A DNA stretch of 63,313 nucleotides, filler included, from Olpidium bornovanus S191 (GCA_017911155.1; 28 parts of 28 records of this genome joined end to end with filler, not necessarily neighbours in it); one strand, 5' to 3'. Positions 36,481-47,569 are shown, numbered from the whole stretch's first letter. Numbers and translations are program-made. Notes: generated by a model not told the origin, from the letters alone.

Positions 36481-36656
36481 CCCGCCCCCGCCCTCCCCAC
36501 ACGTCCGCCTCCGCCTTCCCGCCCTTCGCCTCCCGCACACACACACACCACGACGTGTGGCAGGCGGCGCGCGCAGCCCCCCACCCCCGCCAGCCGGGCC
36601 CGAAAGACAAGCAGCAGCAGCAGCGCACTCCGTGGAAAAAGCAGGCCAGGACCGAG

Positions 36657-37834
36657 ATGGCGACCAAGCACGCCGCGACCAAGGTGGACTGGCAGAAGCT
36701 CCTCACGGTCGTCTCCTCCATCAACAGCACCACCGCCGCGCAGCTCAGCGCCTTCAAGAAGCGCCACGACGAGCTGCGCCGCACCACCAAAGCGCTTGAG
36801 GATTCAATCCCCGAGATTGACTTCGAGTACTATCGCCGGGTGCTCAAAAACCAGGACGTCGTCAAGCGCGCCGAGAGCGCCCTCGCAGACTTCAAGCCCG
36901 TCAAGATGGCCCTCGACGACCAGCTTGCCGTTATCAGCAAGTTCGAGAAAAAGGCGGTGCGTGCGAACGACCGCGCGCTTCCTTGGGACCGGTCGCCGGA
37001 GATCTCGGCGCCCGACGGGTCCCGGCGAGCCCCGTCTCGTCGCCGCTGTCGGCCGGGCCGAAATCGCAGTTCGACGCGACGAGGAGCGCGGAAGCGAGAA
37101 AAAGCAGCGATTAGACGACGGAACCTGCCGGGCAGCATTCTCGAATGCGTGTGTTGTGCCGCGTGGACGTGTAGAGCAACGGCCCTGACGGCAGTTCAGG
37201 GAACGTGTCAGGCCTGAAGCGCCTCACTGTCGGGGCAGAAACTGACACAACGACCGTCGGACACCGTCGCTCGCTAACGCTAGATCGAGAAAGCTGAGGA
37301 GACCGCGAAGCAGGTTGAAGCTGAGGTCAATGATCTGAAGCAGACGATAAAGAACATCGAGACCGCCCGACCTGTTGACCAATTGACGGTACGTTTTTGT
37401 TATGCGCGTTCACGTTATATTACTGCGACTAGTATTTCATTATGGAGCACCATTCCAATCTCGACCTTTTTTCTACGACTATCTACCCGGCTGTGAGCCA
37501 CGCGCCGCAAGTCATTTCCGCTGACGAATGAAACGCAACTCTTTTGTAGCTGGACGACATTGCCATTGCTTACCCTCTGCTAATCCCGACCGTCGAGAAG
37601 CACATCGCGAAGGGCCGTTCCGTAAGTTGCCGCGGCGACCCCCCTCATTGGTTTTCTTGGGGTCGCCCATGATTGCTCCTACATCAGGATATTTTGGGAA
37701 ACCGGCTCGTTGGGATACTCTGACGTTTCCGCCACCGACCGTTCTGGTTTTCGTGCTGCTCATCCCTTCGTCGTGTCTTCCCGAAAAAGCTCTGCCCCGG
37801 ATACTTTAAGAAGTTCGGCAGGGCAATAGGCTAG
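36657..37834 (+). CDS. ATP7: Mitochondrial ATP synthase subunit d, 4 exons
   Basis: MATKHAATKVDWQKL..SAFKKRHDE..IDFEYYRRVLKNQDVV..FKPV..|IEKAEET..IKNIETARPVDQLT|LDDIA..PTVEKHIAKG..PGYFKKFG. The last junction is inferred. Confidence 0.93.
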
Positions 37835-38272
37835 TTCCGGAAGCAAGGTATTCACGAAAGCTGTGAAACATGACGAAATGCATTCCCGGGCCGGAGTGAT
37901 ATTCTGGCACGCTTCAATCATCGTTCCTATCAGAGATAATGAGTTGCGTTGCTGGGTCTGAGTGGGCCGTGGTCAGTTGCCGGCAGAGCCTGGGGCCAAC
38001 TGGCGCAAATCTGGATTGGGAATTGCGTGTCTGGGTTGCTGTTACTGCTGACATGGAAATCACGATTACGCTGCGCGAAATGAACTTCTTCCAACAAACC
38101 AAACTCCCGTGAGAAGCGACCTGAAAAGATGGCTTGGTCTTTTTAATATCTGTGCATTGTTAACATCCAGAANNNNNNNNNNNNNNNNNNNNNNNNNNNN
38201 NNNNNNNNNNNNNNNNTTAATTAATTAANNNNNNNNNNNNNNNNNNNNNNNNNNNNNNNNNNNNNNNNNNNN

Positions 38273-38600
38273 CATGACCCGAGAGGATGCCCTTGAGGTC
38301 AAGGATGCTTGCCTGAAGGCGCTGAAGGAACGCCTCATTTCCAAGGCAAACATCATCCAGGCGCGTTACGAGGAGCAGACGACTGCGTATCAGAAGCGTC
38401 AGCTGCAGTACTCGCGGAACTCTGAGTCTATGACAATCGAGGAGACGGAGGACTACGTCAACTACTGCAATGACGTTTTGTTCCGGATACACATCCTTGA
38501 AAAACGCCTGCAAAAGCACAAGGAATCGGCACCGGACAAATACGTTGCACTGGATCGGAAACTGAGGACTGATCCACGTTTGTCGGTGTTGGCGAAGTGA
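38273..38600 (+). CDS. DRC7: Dynein regulatory complex subunit 7 (DRC7/CCDC135), C-terminal part
   Basis: DACLKALKERLISKANIIQARYE..QKRQLQY..YVNYCNDVLFRIHILEKRLQKHKESAPDKYVALDRKLRTDPRL parallels the DRC7 C-terminus as I recall it (QRLINKANLIQARFE..YC..MFRIRILEQRLNRHKELAP.KY..L..DPRL). Confidence 0.88.
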
Positions 38601-39706
38601 AAAAAAAAAAAAAAAAAAGGAAAAAAAAAGAAAAAAAAACACGGCTTTCTTGATCATTATGCGAAAAAGGTCGAATGCGACACCATAATTAATTCCCCCA
38701 TTCTCATCCGGCGCACCCCAATTACGGTATTACACGAGTCAGACAAGGGAGAATACCTAAATTGAGCGAAGCGCTCGGCTATGCTCGGTGGACATATTGT
38801 GAACCGCGCTAACATGCCCCAGAATATTTTCTCTGTGTAGGTTCTCGAAGGGAGTGATGGGTGGGTGGGGGGAGGGGAATGTTATTACAGCCAAACCATT
38901 GGAGAAAATGAAGTTCGCGAGGTTCAAGGAGACGCTAGGAGTATGCGAAGTCTAAGATCGGCAAGGCGTTAAAGAGGCGCTCCGCCGGGGAAGGATCGTC
39001 TTCAAAGACGGAAAGGTCGGAAGAAGGGAATTTGGCGTGACCACGGAAGATACAGAGCTTTACAGGTCTCTTCAGAATCTTGCAGATCCTTTTTCGCCTA
39101 ATGAGGTGGGGATTTCGAAAAAAGGAAGCGCAGTACAAGCGCAAAACGGATGAGCCCCTTTCTTGGCGGCTCCTCGCGGGGCATAGAAGGGCAGTTGCTC
39201 CCCACACAAAATGCACTGGACGGACATAGCGAACAAGTTCGGTAGAAGCAAGCAAAAAACCTCCCTCTGCTTCCCATCTCGCCTTGGGCGTCGTTTTTGC
39301 GCATTCTCTATCTTCCTCCATTTGCGCGGTTCTTGTGGCGCGGGTGCCCCATGCCCTGTTGAAAATAGAAGGGGGAAAGGGGGAGGTTGAGCCGCGGACG
39401 CAGAGTGCGCACACCCAGCCCCTGTTGCCCCTGTGTAGAACCCTTAGCTCCCGCCATACAAACTGGGCCCAAAAGAGATAATAAACACATGCCCCGAATA
39501 CAGTTTCTCTTTCGCTCCTTTTCTACGGACTCGCGGCGTACGGACGCGTCTTCGCCTTCCTCGGCTCGGCAAAGTTTCAACATCACCTTCCCCCCTTCCC
39601 CCCCCANNNNNNNNNNNNNNNNNNNNNNNNNNNNNNNNNNNNNNNNNNNNTTAATTAATTAANNNNNNNNNNNNNNNNNNNNNNNNNNNNNNNNNNNNNN
39701 NNNNNN

Positions 39707-40030
39707 CATGGATCAATTACGCCAAGCAACGATGCTCAAGCAACTATCTATTGTGTTCTGAGAAGCAAGGCGTCACTCCAGAATGCGCAGATCCAGCAGG
39801 CCACGAAATACAACAATCGTCGACGCAAGATTAAACTCCAAGTAGGAGACCGCGCCCTCTTGAAGTGAGAGGCTATCTCGCAAGATCCACGCCTCGCTGC
39901 CAAATTTTGAGCTCCTTGCATCAGCCCATATGAAACCATTTACGTCGACCGCGACAAAATATCTATTCGTTGCATAGCAGTAGTATTTAGTAGTACCCTC
40001 CTGTAACCCGCGTCTCACTTCCGCCCCTCA
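39707..40030 (+). pseudogene. Ty3/Gypsy integrase C-terminal remnant with in-frame stops
   Basis: ASLQNAQIQQATKYNNRRRKIKLQVGDRALLK*EAISQDPRLAAKF*APCISPYETI matches the AQ..Q...YN.RR...F.VGD.V.L...KL...GPY pattern downstream of the integrase core. Confidence 0.8.
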
Positions 40031-40347
40031 CGGCCGAAACACACAACAACGGCGAAGGCAAACGCAAAGCTTTTGACTCCGGCTGACATTCGATACGCAA
40101 GTTCACCCTGTATTGTCCATGTTGCAAAAATACGAGACGCCCGGAAAACCGAAAGCATGTCAGTAAACCAAGACCCATCGCAGGTGAGAAACCTAAAGTC
40201 GAAAATTTTCGCCACGTGGCTTTGACACAGTCATTGACAACACCTGGTTTTATGGCTGGGTTACGACACGTCGGAGGCAACCAGAATAGCGGCTACGTCA
40301 GCGTCCGTGCAGATCACGAGACTCAAGCCCTGGCCATGGCCTAAGAA

Positions 40348-40600
40348 TTATCCATGCAACCTAGACCTAACCACCTGGTAGTTAAATGTGATCCACGTCG
40401 GAGGAGGCTCGTCCAGAAACTCCCCAAAGAACAGGACGAGCTCCTCTGAGAGAAAGGCATTGTCCGCCCCGACATAAGTCAAAAACTTCGCACAAGGCAA
40501 GAGTTTGGATAAACCGTCAAGTTCACGGTGCACGTCATGCTTAGGCAAATAGGCGTGCAGCTCGCCTGTCCCCCGAGCGACCGTTAACCCGGTACCAGCT
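40348..40600 (-). pseudogene. Probable Gag (capsid-like) remnant of the minus-strand LTR element
   Basis: PKHDVHRELDG..AKFLTYV..SEELVLFFGEFLDEPPPTW resembles the P..FDG..F...EE.V.F...L...A..W capsid pattern. It lies downstream of the LTR, PBS and leader on the same strand. Confidence 0.45.
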
Positions 40601-41956
40601 AACCACTCGCCTGACATGCTCTCACGAGCTTTCTGTTGAAAGCTATAGTCGGAACCCCTTAATGTTTACCATAGTTACTTCCTCCTTCCTCGAATAAACG
40701 CGAACGCGTCCGCCTTGCCGGAGCACAGATGCAAAAACCAACAGATAGGAGGGGGGTGCGGCTGTGGGGCGGGCCCGGGCCGCCGACAGTCCCGGCCGGT
40801 CTCTCCCTGTATTACCTCCCTCCAGCTCTCCAGCTCCCCCTGTTCTTCCTCTACCCTCCCTCTCGCGCATGGCAAACAATAAATAACCCCCCCCCCTCGC
40901 CTTTGACGGCGTCACTGACGGTCCTCCGAGAATCCCCGGGATAGCCTAGCTCTAGCCACCCGCACCTGCGATGCCCTCCGACGGGCGGTTGGCAGCTCCT
41001 GGGGTTGGAGGGTAGAGCCTGGAGAAGGAAGGGCGGGCCAGGGGTTGCTTTGAAGAAGGCTTCGAAGGTCGCAAGGAGGGAGGTTCCGTGCCCCGAGGTC
41101 ACTTGTATCTACGGCCAAGTGTGCGCGTAGGACAGCCCATAGCAGCCCAACAAACCCTGCCAAACCCCCGTCAGAGGCGGAAGTTTCCTGACACCGTACG
41201 ACTCGTCTCCCCAGCAATTTGGTGCAGGCCAGTCCCTTGATGAAAAACAGGGTATCCATAGTGTCCATACGGCATGTGTCCGGTCGTGGGTGCATAACCA
41301 GCTGTCGGTACCGACGTAGTAGGCATTGAGATAGGAAAATTGTGCCCAGGCCTGGCATCATTGGCAGTCGTCCATAAAAATCGGTCGGGTAGATTGGCGC
41401 CATGGTTTGTACGTATTATCTATGCGCCGAGGTGGCAGTCGTCACTCTCGTAATTGTAAGATACGTGTACGCCGGGGTTATGATCGGTATTGAGCCCGAA
41501 GTTGTATGGAACAATTCTGAGGTGGCGGGCAACGGCCCCGAAGTAGCGCGCCCGTGGTCAGAGAAGAAGTCTGAGACTTCTGGCGTCCGGGTCAGTTTGA
41601 TGTGGATTCCAAGACTACAAAGCGGTCTGTGATGCTGATTAACATGCTTCCGGCTTCCACAGCATTGGTTTCCTGCGTTGTCTCCCGGTTGTCTAGGGAA
41701 TGCGTGATTCCTCCTCAAGCCGTGAGAACAATGCGGATTCCATCTCACCTGGGAGTTGAGAGACAGGCGACCGCGGTATTCTTTGCAACAAGACGAGTTT
41801 TTAAGACAAGAACCAGGTTACGATGTTGTAGATAGTGCACAAAAACGCGGTTGGTTTTTGGCAAAGTGCTTTTGGCTTTTGGCAAATTACGGTTGGTTTT
41901 TGGCGAAAACGCTTCATGCGCGACGCGTCTGACCCGAAAATGAACTTTGTCTCGGC

Positions 41957-42361
41957 GAAGAGATGAAAGAGGGAGGCCGGCGTAGTCGTCCCGGCACTCC
42001 GGCGCAGAGACAAAGGAGGGGAGGCCGGCGCGGTTGTCCAAACGCTGCGCTTCTCGCTTGTAGCCGCTACGCGTCTTGCCGCGGTTCTGCGCATGCTTCT
42101 CCCGCCGCTCCGCACACGTTTCTTGCCAAAGAGACGAAGAGACGAAGGGAGGAGGAAGGAGAGGCTGGCGCGATCGTCCTCGCGCTCCGTGAGCGCAGTG
42201 CGTGCGGTGCAGAGACGAAAGAGAGGAGGCCGGCGCGATCATCCCGGCGCTCCGTGAGCGTAACGCGGTAGTCCGGACGCGTACTTTTCGCCGCTGCTCC
42301 GAGCTCCAGGCGAAGAGACGAAGAAGGAGGGGCCGGCGCGATTGTCCCGGCGTTCCGTAAG
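41957..42361. repeat. Five degenerate ~45-55-bp repeats in the element leader
   Basis: Consensus GAGACGAA..GGAGGCCGGCGCGATCGTCCCGGCGCTCCGTGAGCG, with copies at about 41957, 42007 (partial), 42131, 42210 and 42312. Confidence 0.85.
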
Positions 42362-42428
42362 TGCTCCTCACTACTGTTCCGCGCATGCTACTTTGGTCGA
42401 GGGTTAAAAGGGACGGGGCGGTCCGTTT

Positions 42429-43805
42429 GGGCTCATAACCAGTCACGGTCAAGGACGGTTTTGAGTTGTGTGTTTATTCTTTCGTTTGGGTGGGGAGTTT
42501 TCTTACACGGTTGGCTATGAGACGATTATCTCCCCCCGCCCCGCCCCCTCTTTTACTCGTGACTGGGCGATCCCCGTTGCCTTTTATCTATGCCGCGATT
42601 TAGACTCGGCGGGTTTTGCGACTGACTGACTGTCTTTGGCTTTTTAAAGTTTTGCGGTCGAAAAGTGGCGGGGGGGTCACGGCGGGGCCATTGAACACTT
42701 CTTTTGCCAAGCTGCGGCAGTCATAATGATTACGTGACATCATAATTGCAATTTAGTAAACGCCCGCAACGAGTGTACCTACTGACCAAGTCACGTGATG
42801 TAATGATTGCGCCTCGACAAGCTGCCCGCCGAGTGGCCACGCACAAGTCACGTGATGTCATCCTCCAGATTCGAGCCCAGTCAAGCGGCCACACCGAGTG
42901 CGCCGGCTGCACAAGTCACCTGACGTCACCAAGCAGTCTCGTCCCGCAGTGTGTGTAGCTGCGTGGACACGTGACCTAGAGAAAGACCAAGACAACAGTG
43001 GTACAGTGCGTATCAGCGTTCTGGGAAGCCATATTATCGGCAAGTCCCCAGTCATATTATCAGCGAATTTCCCCATCCTGCGGCCTTATTGGAATATTTC
43101 TGAACCAGCCACCAGTACCGTCACCGCAATACAGGATATTGCTCGTGCCGTACGCGGCCAGAATGGAAGTACTGTCTAGATACACATCGAGCGCGCGCGC
43201 AGAGGCGTCGGCCGCGGTCTGCCCCTTACCTATATAAAGCATGTGCGCATGCCATAGATTCCCCAGGCCTTTCTAAATTTAAATCTAGAGCCAGACATGT
43301 GAATACGAATATCCAGATTGCGCTGCGCTCAGATTGCGTACTTCACTTGTTACAGTAAGGCCTGGTACTGGCCGCTGGCTCGAAGAATAATTCAGGAGGA
43401 AGTTTTCTGAAGGCAGTGCCACCACGTTGGTGTTTGAGATACCACGGCAACGGCTTCACTACGCACACTGGTTTTGGATTCTAGGTCTTGGCCTGAATCA
43501 GTCACGTGACCGGGCAACTAGACGCACCAGCGCTCCAGGCGCGTCGGCAGCGTCTAGTGGTCTGGGTGGTGACATCCCATGACTCGCGCAGTGGCGCACC
43601 TGGCGCAGCTGCTGGACTTGACGCAGTCACAGAAGAATGACGTCGCATGACAGAGATCGCTCTCGCACTTGCTCGGGCGGCTTGGCGCAGCCACGACGTG
43701 ACGTGACAGGTGCAGTGGACTGGCTTATCTTGGCACAACAATGACGCCACGTGATGGAAAGGTTTGACGGTTCGCAAGAAAAAGTTTGACGGCGCAGCCG
43801 TGACA
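42429..43805 (-). mobile_element. Putative 5' LTR (43805-42441) plus PBS GGTTATGAGCCC (42440-42429) of a Ty3/Gypsy (chromovirus-like) element
   Basis: On the minus strand it starts TGTCACGG and ends CCGTGAC(T), immediately followed by GGTTATGAGCCC. AATAAA is at 42478-42473 and a TATA-like ATAGATAAAAG at about 42591-42581. The far LTR boundary is less certain than the PBS end. Confidence 0.6.
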
Positions 43806-43955
43806 GAAACTTACAGTCCAGTCTTTTCCTTCCTCGCTCTGCAACTTATCATGGNNNNNNNNNNNNNNNNNNNNNNNNNNNNNNNNNNNNNNNNNNNNTT
43901 AATTAATTAANNNNNNNNNNNNNNNNNNNNNNNNNNNNNNNNNNNNNNNNNNNNC

Positions 43956-44069
43956 ATGGCTAAATGGTACCGCGAGGACGTTCTGCTCAGGCTTGCGAAC
44001 GCCTGCAACGAGGTGATCCGCCCGGTGAGGAAGAAGCCAAGTGTGTGGTACGGTGATTACGAGCTTTGA
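43956..44069 (+). CDS. C-terminal tip of an amidase-signature family enzyme (FAAH-like)
   Basis: MAKWYREDVLLRLANACNEVIRPVRKKPSVWYGDYEL* resembles amidase ends such as GRPW.EATVL.LA.A.E....KKP..Y. Only 37 aa are visible. Confidence 0.55.
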   Translation: MAKWYREDVLLRLANACNEVIRPVRKKPSVWYGDYEL

Positions 44070-45531
44070 GAAAAGCTTCGACGTCTAGCAGGCGACGACG
44101 TTATGCGGGAATGACGGCCCGAAACCGTGCGAGTTGCGCGAGGGAAAGGAGTTCGTTCTCCAGGTTTCGTTTGGCCAAATGTGCCCCAGTAAGCTGGCCG
44201 CCGTGTTTTGGGGCCCTGGCCGCAGAACAAGAAATTCGGCTTTTGAGTGCCCCAAGCACCAAGTTATGTGATAGCCTTTCGGTTATAAAATGATTTTTTT
44301 TGACCAAGACCTTCCGAATTTTGTTTCAGCACAAAACGACCCAAAATATTAATAAGATACGCAATTGCAGCGTTTCAAAACTCCGGCGTCACCGGACCAG
44401 CAAGCAACTCGCCCAGATGAGTCGGCGCTTAAGTTGGAGGGGCGTGGCTTTCTAACCGTGGGCACGGCTGTAAAAACTTGCCGAAAATCCGACCCTTCTC
44501 GGTCCTGAGCAGGACGAACGCACCAAAGTGTTGCATTTTTTTTTTCGTACGAGAAAACGTGCGACAAGTGGACCCCAATTTCGCCAAATTTCTCCTGCAA
44601 GAATCAAACGCGTAGTCCGGTAACCTCAAAAGCGAACGTTTGCCATCACCCACTATTGATCCGACACACACCTCACACCACCACCACACCGTGAGCCCGT
44701 AAGCGCCACGCCGGCTTTTGAAAAAATGACTGTGGTACTTATTGTGTGTGTGCGTGCGTGTGGGGAGGGCGGGGGCGCGGTCGCAGATTGCAAGATGCGG
44801 CTGGCGCTTGGGCCCGGGTTAAGAAGGAAGGAAGGAACTTCGTTTGTCGTGACCGATGCCAAACTCGAATGTTGATCCGCCGCAGCGGACAAGGAGACAG
44901 CGCGAGCGGGGACAAGGACCCTGGAGTGGGGAATTTGCAGAGATGTTGACGCCCTTCAGTCACACGGCGAGGACGTCTTAGGAGAGGGATACGGTGAAAC
45001 CTGGCATGCGGTAACGACACACTTGGGCAAGCGTGAGCGGCGGTGAGCCGTTGTTCGCGTGCGCAGGTTTGGGCTGGTGGTTCTGGCGGCGGCGGCGGCC
45101 TCCCGCCGCCTCGTACCTCTGAAAAACGCGTTTTCGACATCTTAAAGGAGGCAAAACTGGTCGGGCGGCGCAGCGGGTTTGTGACACGGGCGTTTGGTGC
45201 TTTCGCCGGGGGTACGGCGCGGCCGGTCTCGTGCAACGTTCCCCCCCCCCCACACCGGAAGCGAGCGGGAAAACCCGGAGTTTCGTTCGGGCGGCGGGAG
45301 GGAGGGGAAAGAGGGGGGAGGGAGTTCCAGGGGAGCGGAACGAACGAACGGGGCGGCCTGCTTTTTCGGCACCCTCTCGCCTCAGGACGGCTCGAGGACG
45401 AGCGGAGAGGCAGAGCCGGCGGGCGGGGGGGNNNNNNNNNNNNNNNNNNNNNNNNNNNNNNNNNNNNNNNNNNNNTTAATTAATTAANNNNNNNNNNNNN
45501 NNNNNNNNNNNNNNNNNNNNNNNNNNNNNNN

Positions 45532-47455
45532 CAGCTTCTCGTCCGGACTGCTTGCCACCGCTTTCTTGGCGGCGGCCACCACGTCGTTGTAGCTTTGTCC
45601 CAGCGACGCCGCAGCTTTCTCGGGAGGCACGTCCGGCTTTCGGGACAGCATGGCCGCAACAATGTCGCCGTGCTTGCTCGATGTTGAGCAGATCTCGCTG
45701 ACAGCTTGGGAAAACGCTGATTCCGATCCTGCGGTCCCCGTCGCGGCCTGCTGTCCGCCCAGATCAAAACTGTACAGTTCCTGCTCGATTCCTTTAATGA
45801 CCTTGTTATACTCCCCGGCCGCTTCTACAGCCCCCTCAAACGTAGTCTGCAGTTTTTCGACCGCCGCCTGCACGAACTCCCGAGACCGGTCAATCTCGCC
45901 ATGAACCACATTTTGCGCGTTTTCCGGACGTCCTCCTTCGGCGCCGCCGGCTCCCGCGCTGCGGCAAGCCTGCAAGAAGACGAGGGCGGCCTCACCGAGA
46001 TCTCTGGAATCCTCGAGGATCTTCGCGCCCAGCTTACGGTCCGCGTTTACTCTGACCATGTCGACGGCGGCCCCGATGGCCTGTTCGAAATTGGTCGCCA
46101 TCTGGCCGACCGGCGACCCTATCGAGGAAGCTTCGACCTTCGCCGCTCGAAACACCGTGTCGGCCGTCAAAATAAAGTCCCTGAGCTTGCCGAGCAGCAG
46201 CTCGCGGCAGCCTTCCTCGCTCATGCTGCCCGGCTCAAGCGTGCCCGCGTGGAGCTTCACGGCGACGCTGTCGGCCTGCGCGACGTTCTGCGAAATCCTC
46301 TCTATCGCGTCGTCGCATTCCCGTTGTCCAGGCGCAGAAGCGAGCATGGATTCAACCAGGCTCCTGAGCGAGTCTCCGATCGACTTCGCTTGAGCGGCGA
46401 GGAGCGCCTGGTACTGCGGAGACCTGGGGTTGGAGCACATGGAGCGCAAGGTGCCCACGAGGTCCCGGCCGGTCACCAGGCTGCTCCGGGATTCTTCGAC
46501 CAACTGCTGCTGGAGGACCTGCGTCGCCGCGGTGACCGCGGAGGGCTTCGGCGCAAACTCCGGCGAGGCCGAGAACATCACCAGGGCCTGGACGGCTCCC
46601 AGGAGCGGGGCGGCGGCGGCGGCGCATTTTTCCTTGGATTCCGGCCCGGGCTGAGTTGCCAGCGTTTTGATGCTGGCGACGAGGCCGGCCGTGGCCATCG
46701 CCAGCTGTTTTCCGAAATCGGCGAACTGCTTCTGGGCCCCCGGGGTGAGCGCGGAAAGGTTCCCGTACTCCTTGCAGGAGGCGCAGAGGACGGAGGTTTG
46801 CTTGGCAATAATGGACGCCTGCGCGAGCACCTGCTGCTGCGTCAGCTGGCTCGGGCCGGTCAGCTGTTCGCACGCCTCCCGCAGGTCGTTGCTGGCCCGC
46901 CCATTCTTTTCTTGATCCACCACCCCGGGAACCGCCGCTACGGTCTGGGGGTCGGCCAGCCCGATGAGGAACGCGGCGCGGACGGTGCGGTCCGCCACTT
47001 TCTGCAGCGCTTCTGCTATCTGCGTCATGAAACCGCACAGCTTGGCGACGTCCGCCGACCTCGCGGCCGACGGCGTCGCCTGCAGGATCGCGTTGACGGC
47101 GGCGGCGGACTCGTTGACGTCGGCCACGCAGTTCGCATATCCCAAGCTGAGCGTCGACGGGTCGTTGACGGCGTCCAGCTTGGCCTCGGCGAGAGCCAAA
47201 GCGCGGGTCGCGGCGTTCGCTTCTCCTTGGCCGGGCGCTGCGGCAGAGCACGTCTGCAAAAGCTGTTCTAGAGCGTCTCCCACGTGTTTGGAGGACTGCG
47301 CCAGCTGGTGCTTCAAGTTCGGCGCGTTCGGGTCCATGCCGACCGCTTTCACGGCAGACAAAAGCTTGCACCCGTTCAGGCCGACCTCCCTGACGTGAGA
47401 AACCACGGTTTCTCGCGCGGTCACATCGGTGTGGTGTCCTAGCACGGCGTTGGCG
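45532..47455 (-). CDS. Talin, central rod domain fragment (whole contig is one open frame)
   Basis: DPNAPNLKHQLA..AAAPGQGEAN..AAFLIGLADPQ..QQVLAQASIIAKQTSVLCASC..KQFADFGKQLAMAT..CAAAAAPLLGAVQAL..ASPEF..SMLASAPGQRECDDAI tracks the talin rod as I recall it (DPAAPNLKSQLA..APGQKECD..AAYLVGVSDP..QVLSAATIVAKHTSALC..KAPGQLECETAI). Confidence 0.92.
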
Positions 47456-47569
47456 NNNNNNNNNNNNNNNNNNNNNNNNNNNNNNNNNNNNNNNNNNNNT
47501 TAATTAATTAANNNNNNNNNNNNNNNNNNNNNNNNNNNNNNNNNNNNNNNNNNNNCATGCAACGCCTCG

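Noticed and set aside
37600-37834. ATP7 C-terminus KGRSLCPGY lacking the usual Trp (KGKWDVPGY)
   Set aside because: It depends on one inferred junction and a small change in a variable tail. Not reliable without transcripts.
40912-41403. ORF with YGRLPM resembling a reverse transcriptase
   Set aside because: No YxDD or other RT motifs in any frame, and its position between leader and Gag fits decayed Gag or leader sequence better.
42780-42980. GTCACGTG as the CDEI of a point centromere
   Set aside because: No AT-rich CDEII or CDEIII follows, and point centromeres are a budding-yeast feature. An LTR enhancer is the simpler explanation.
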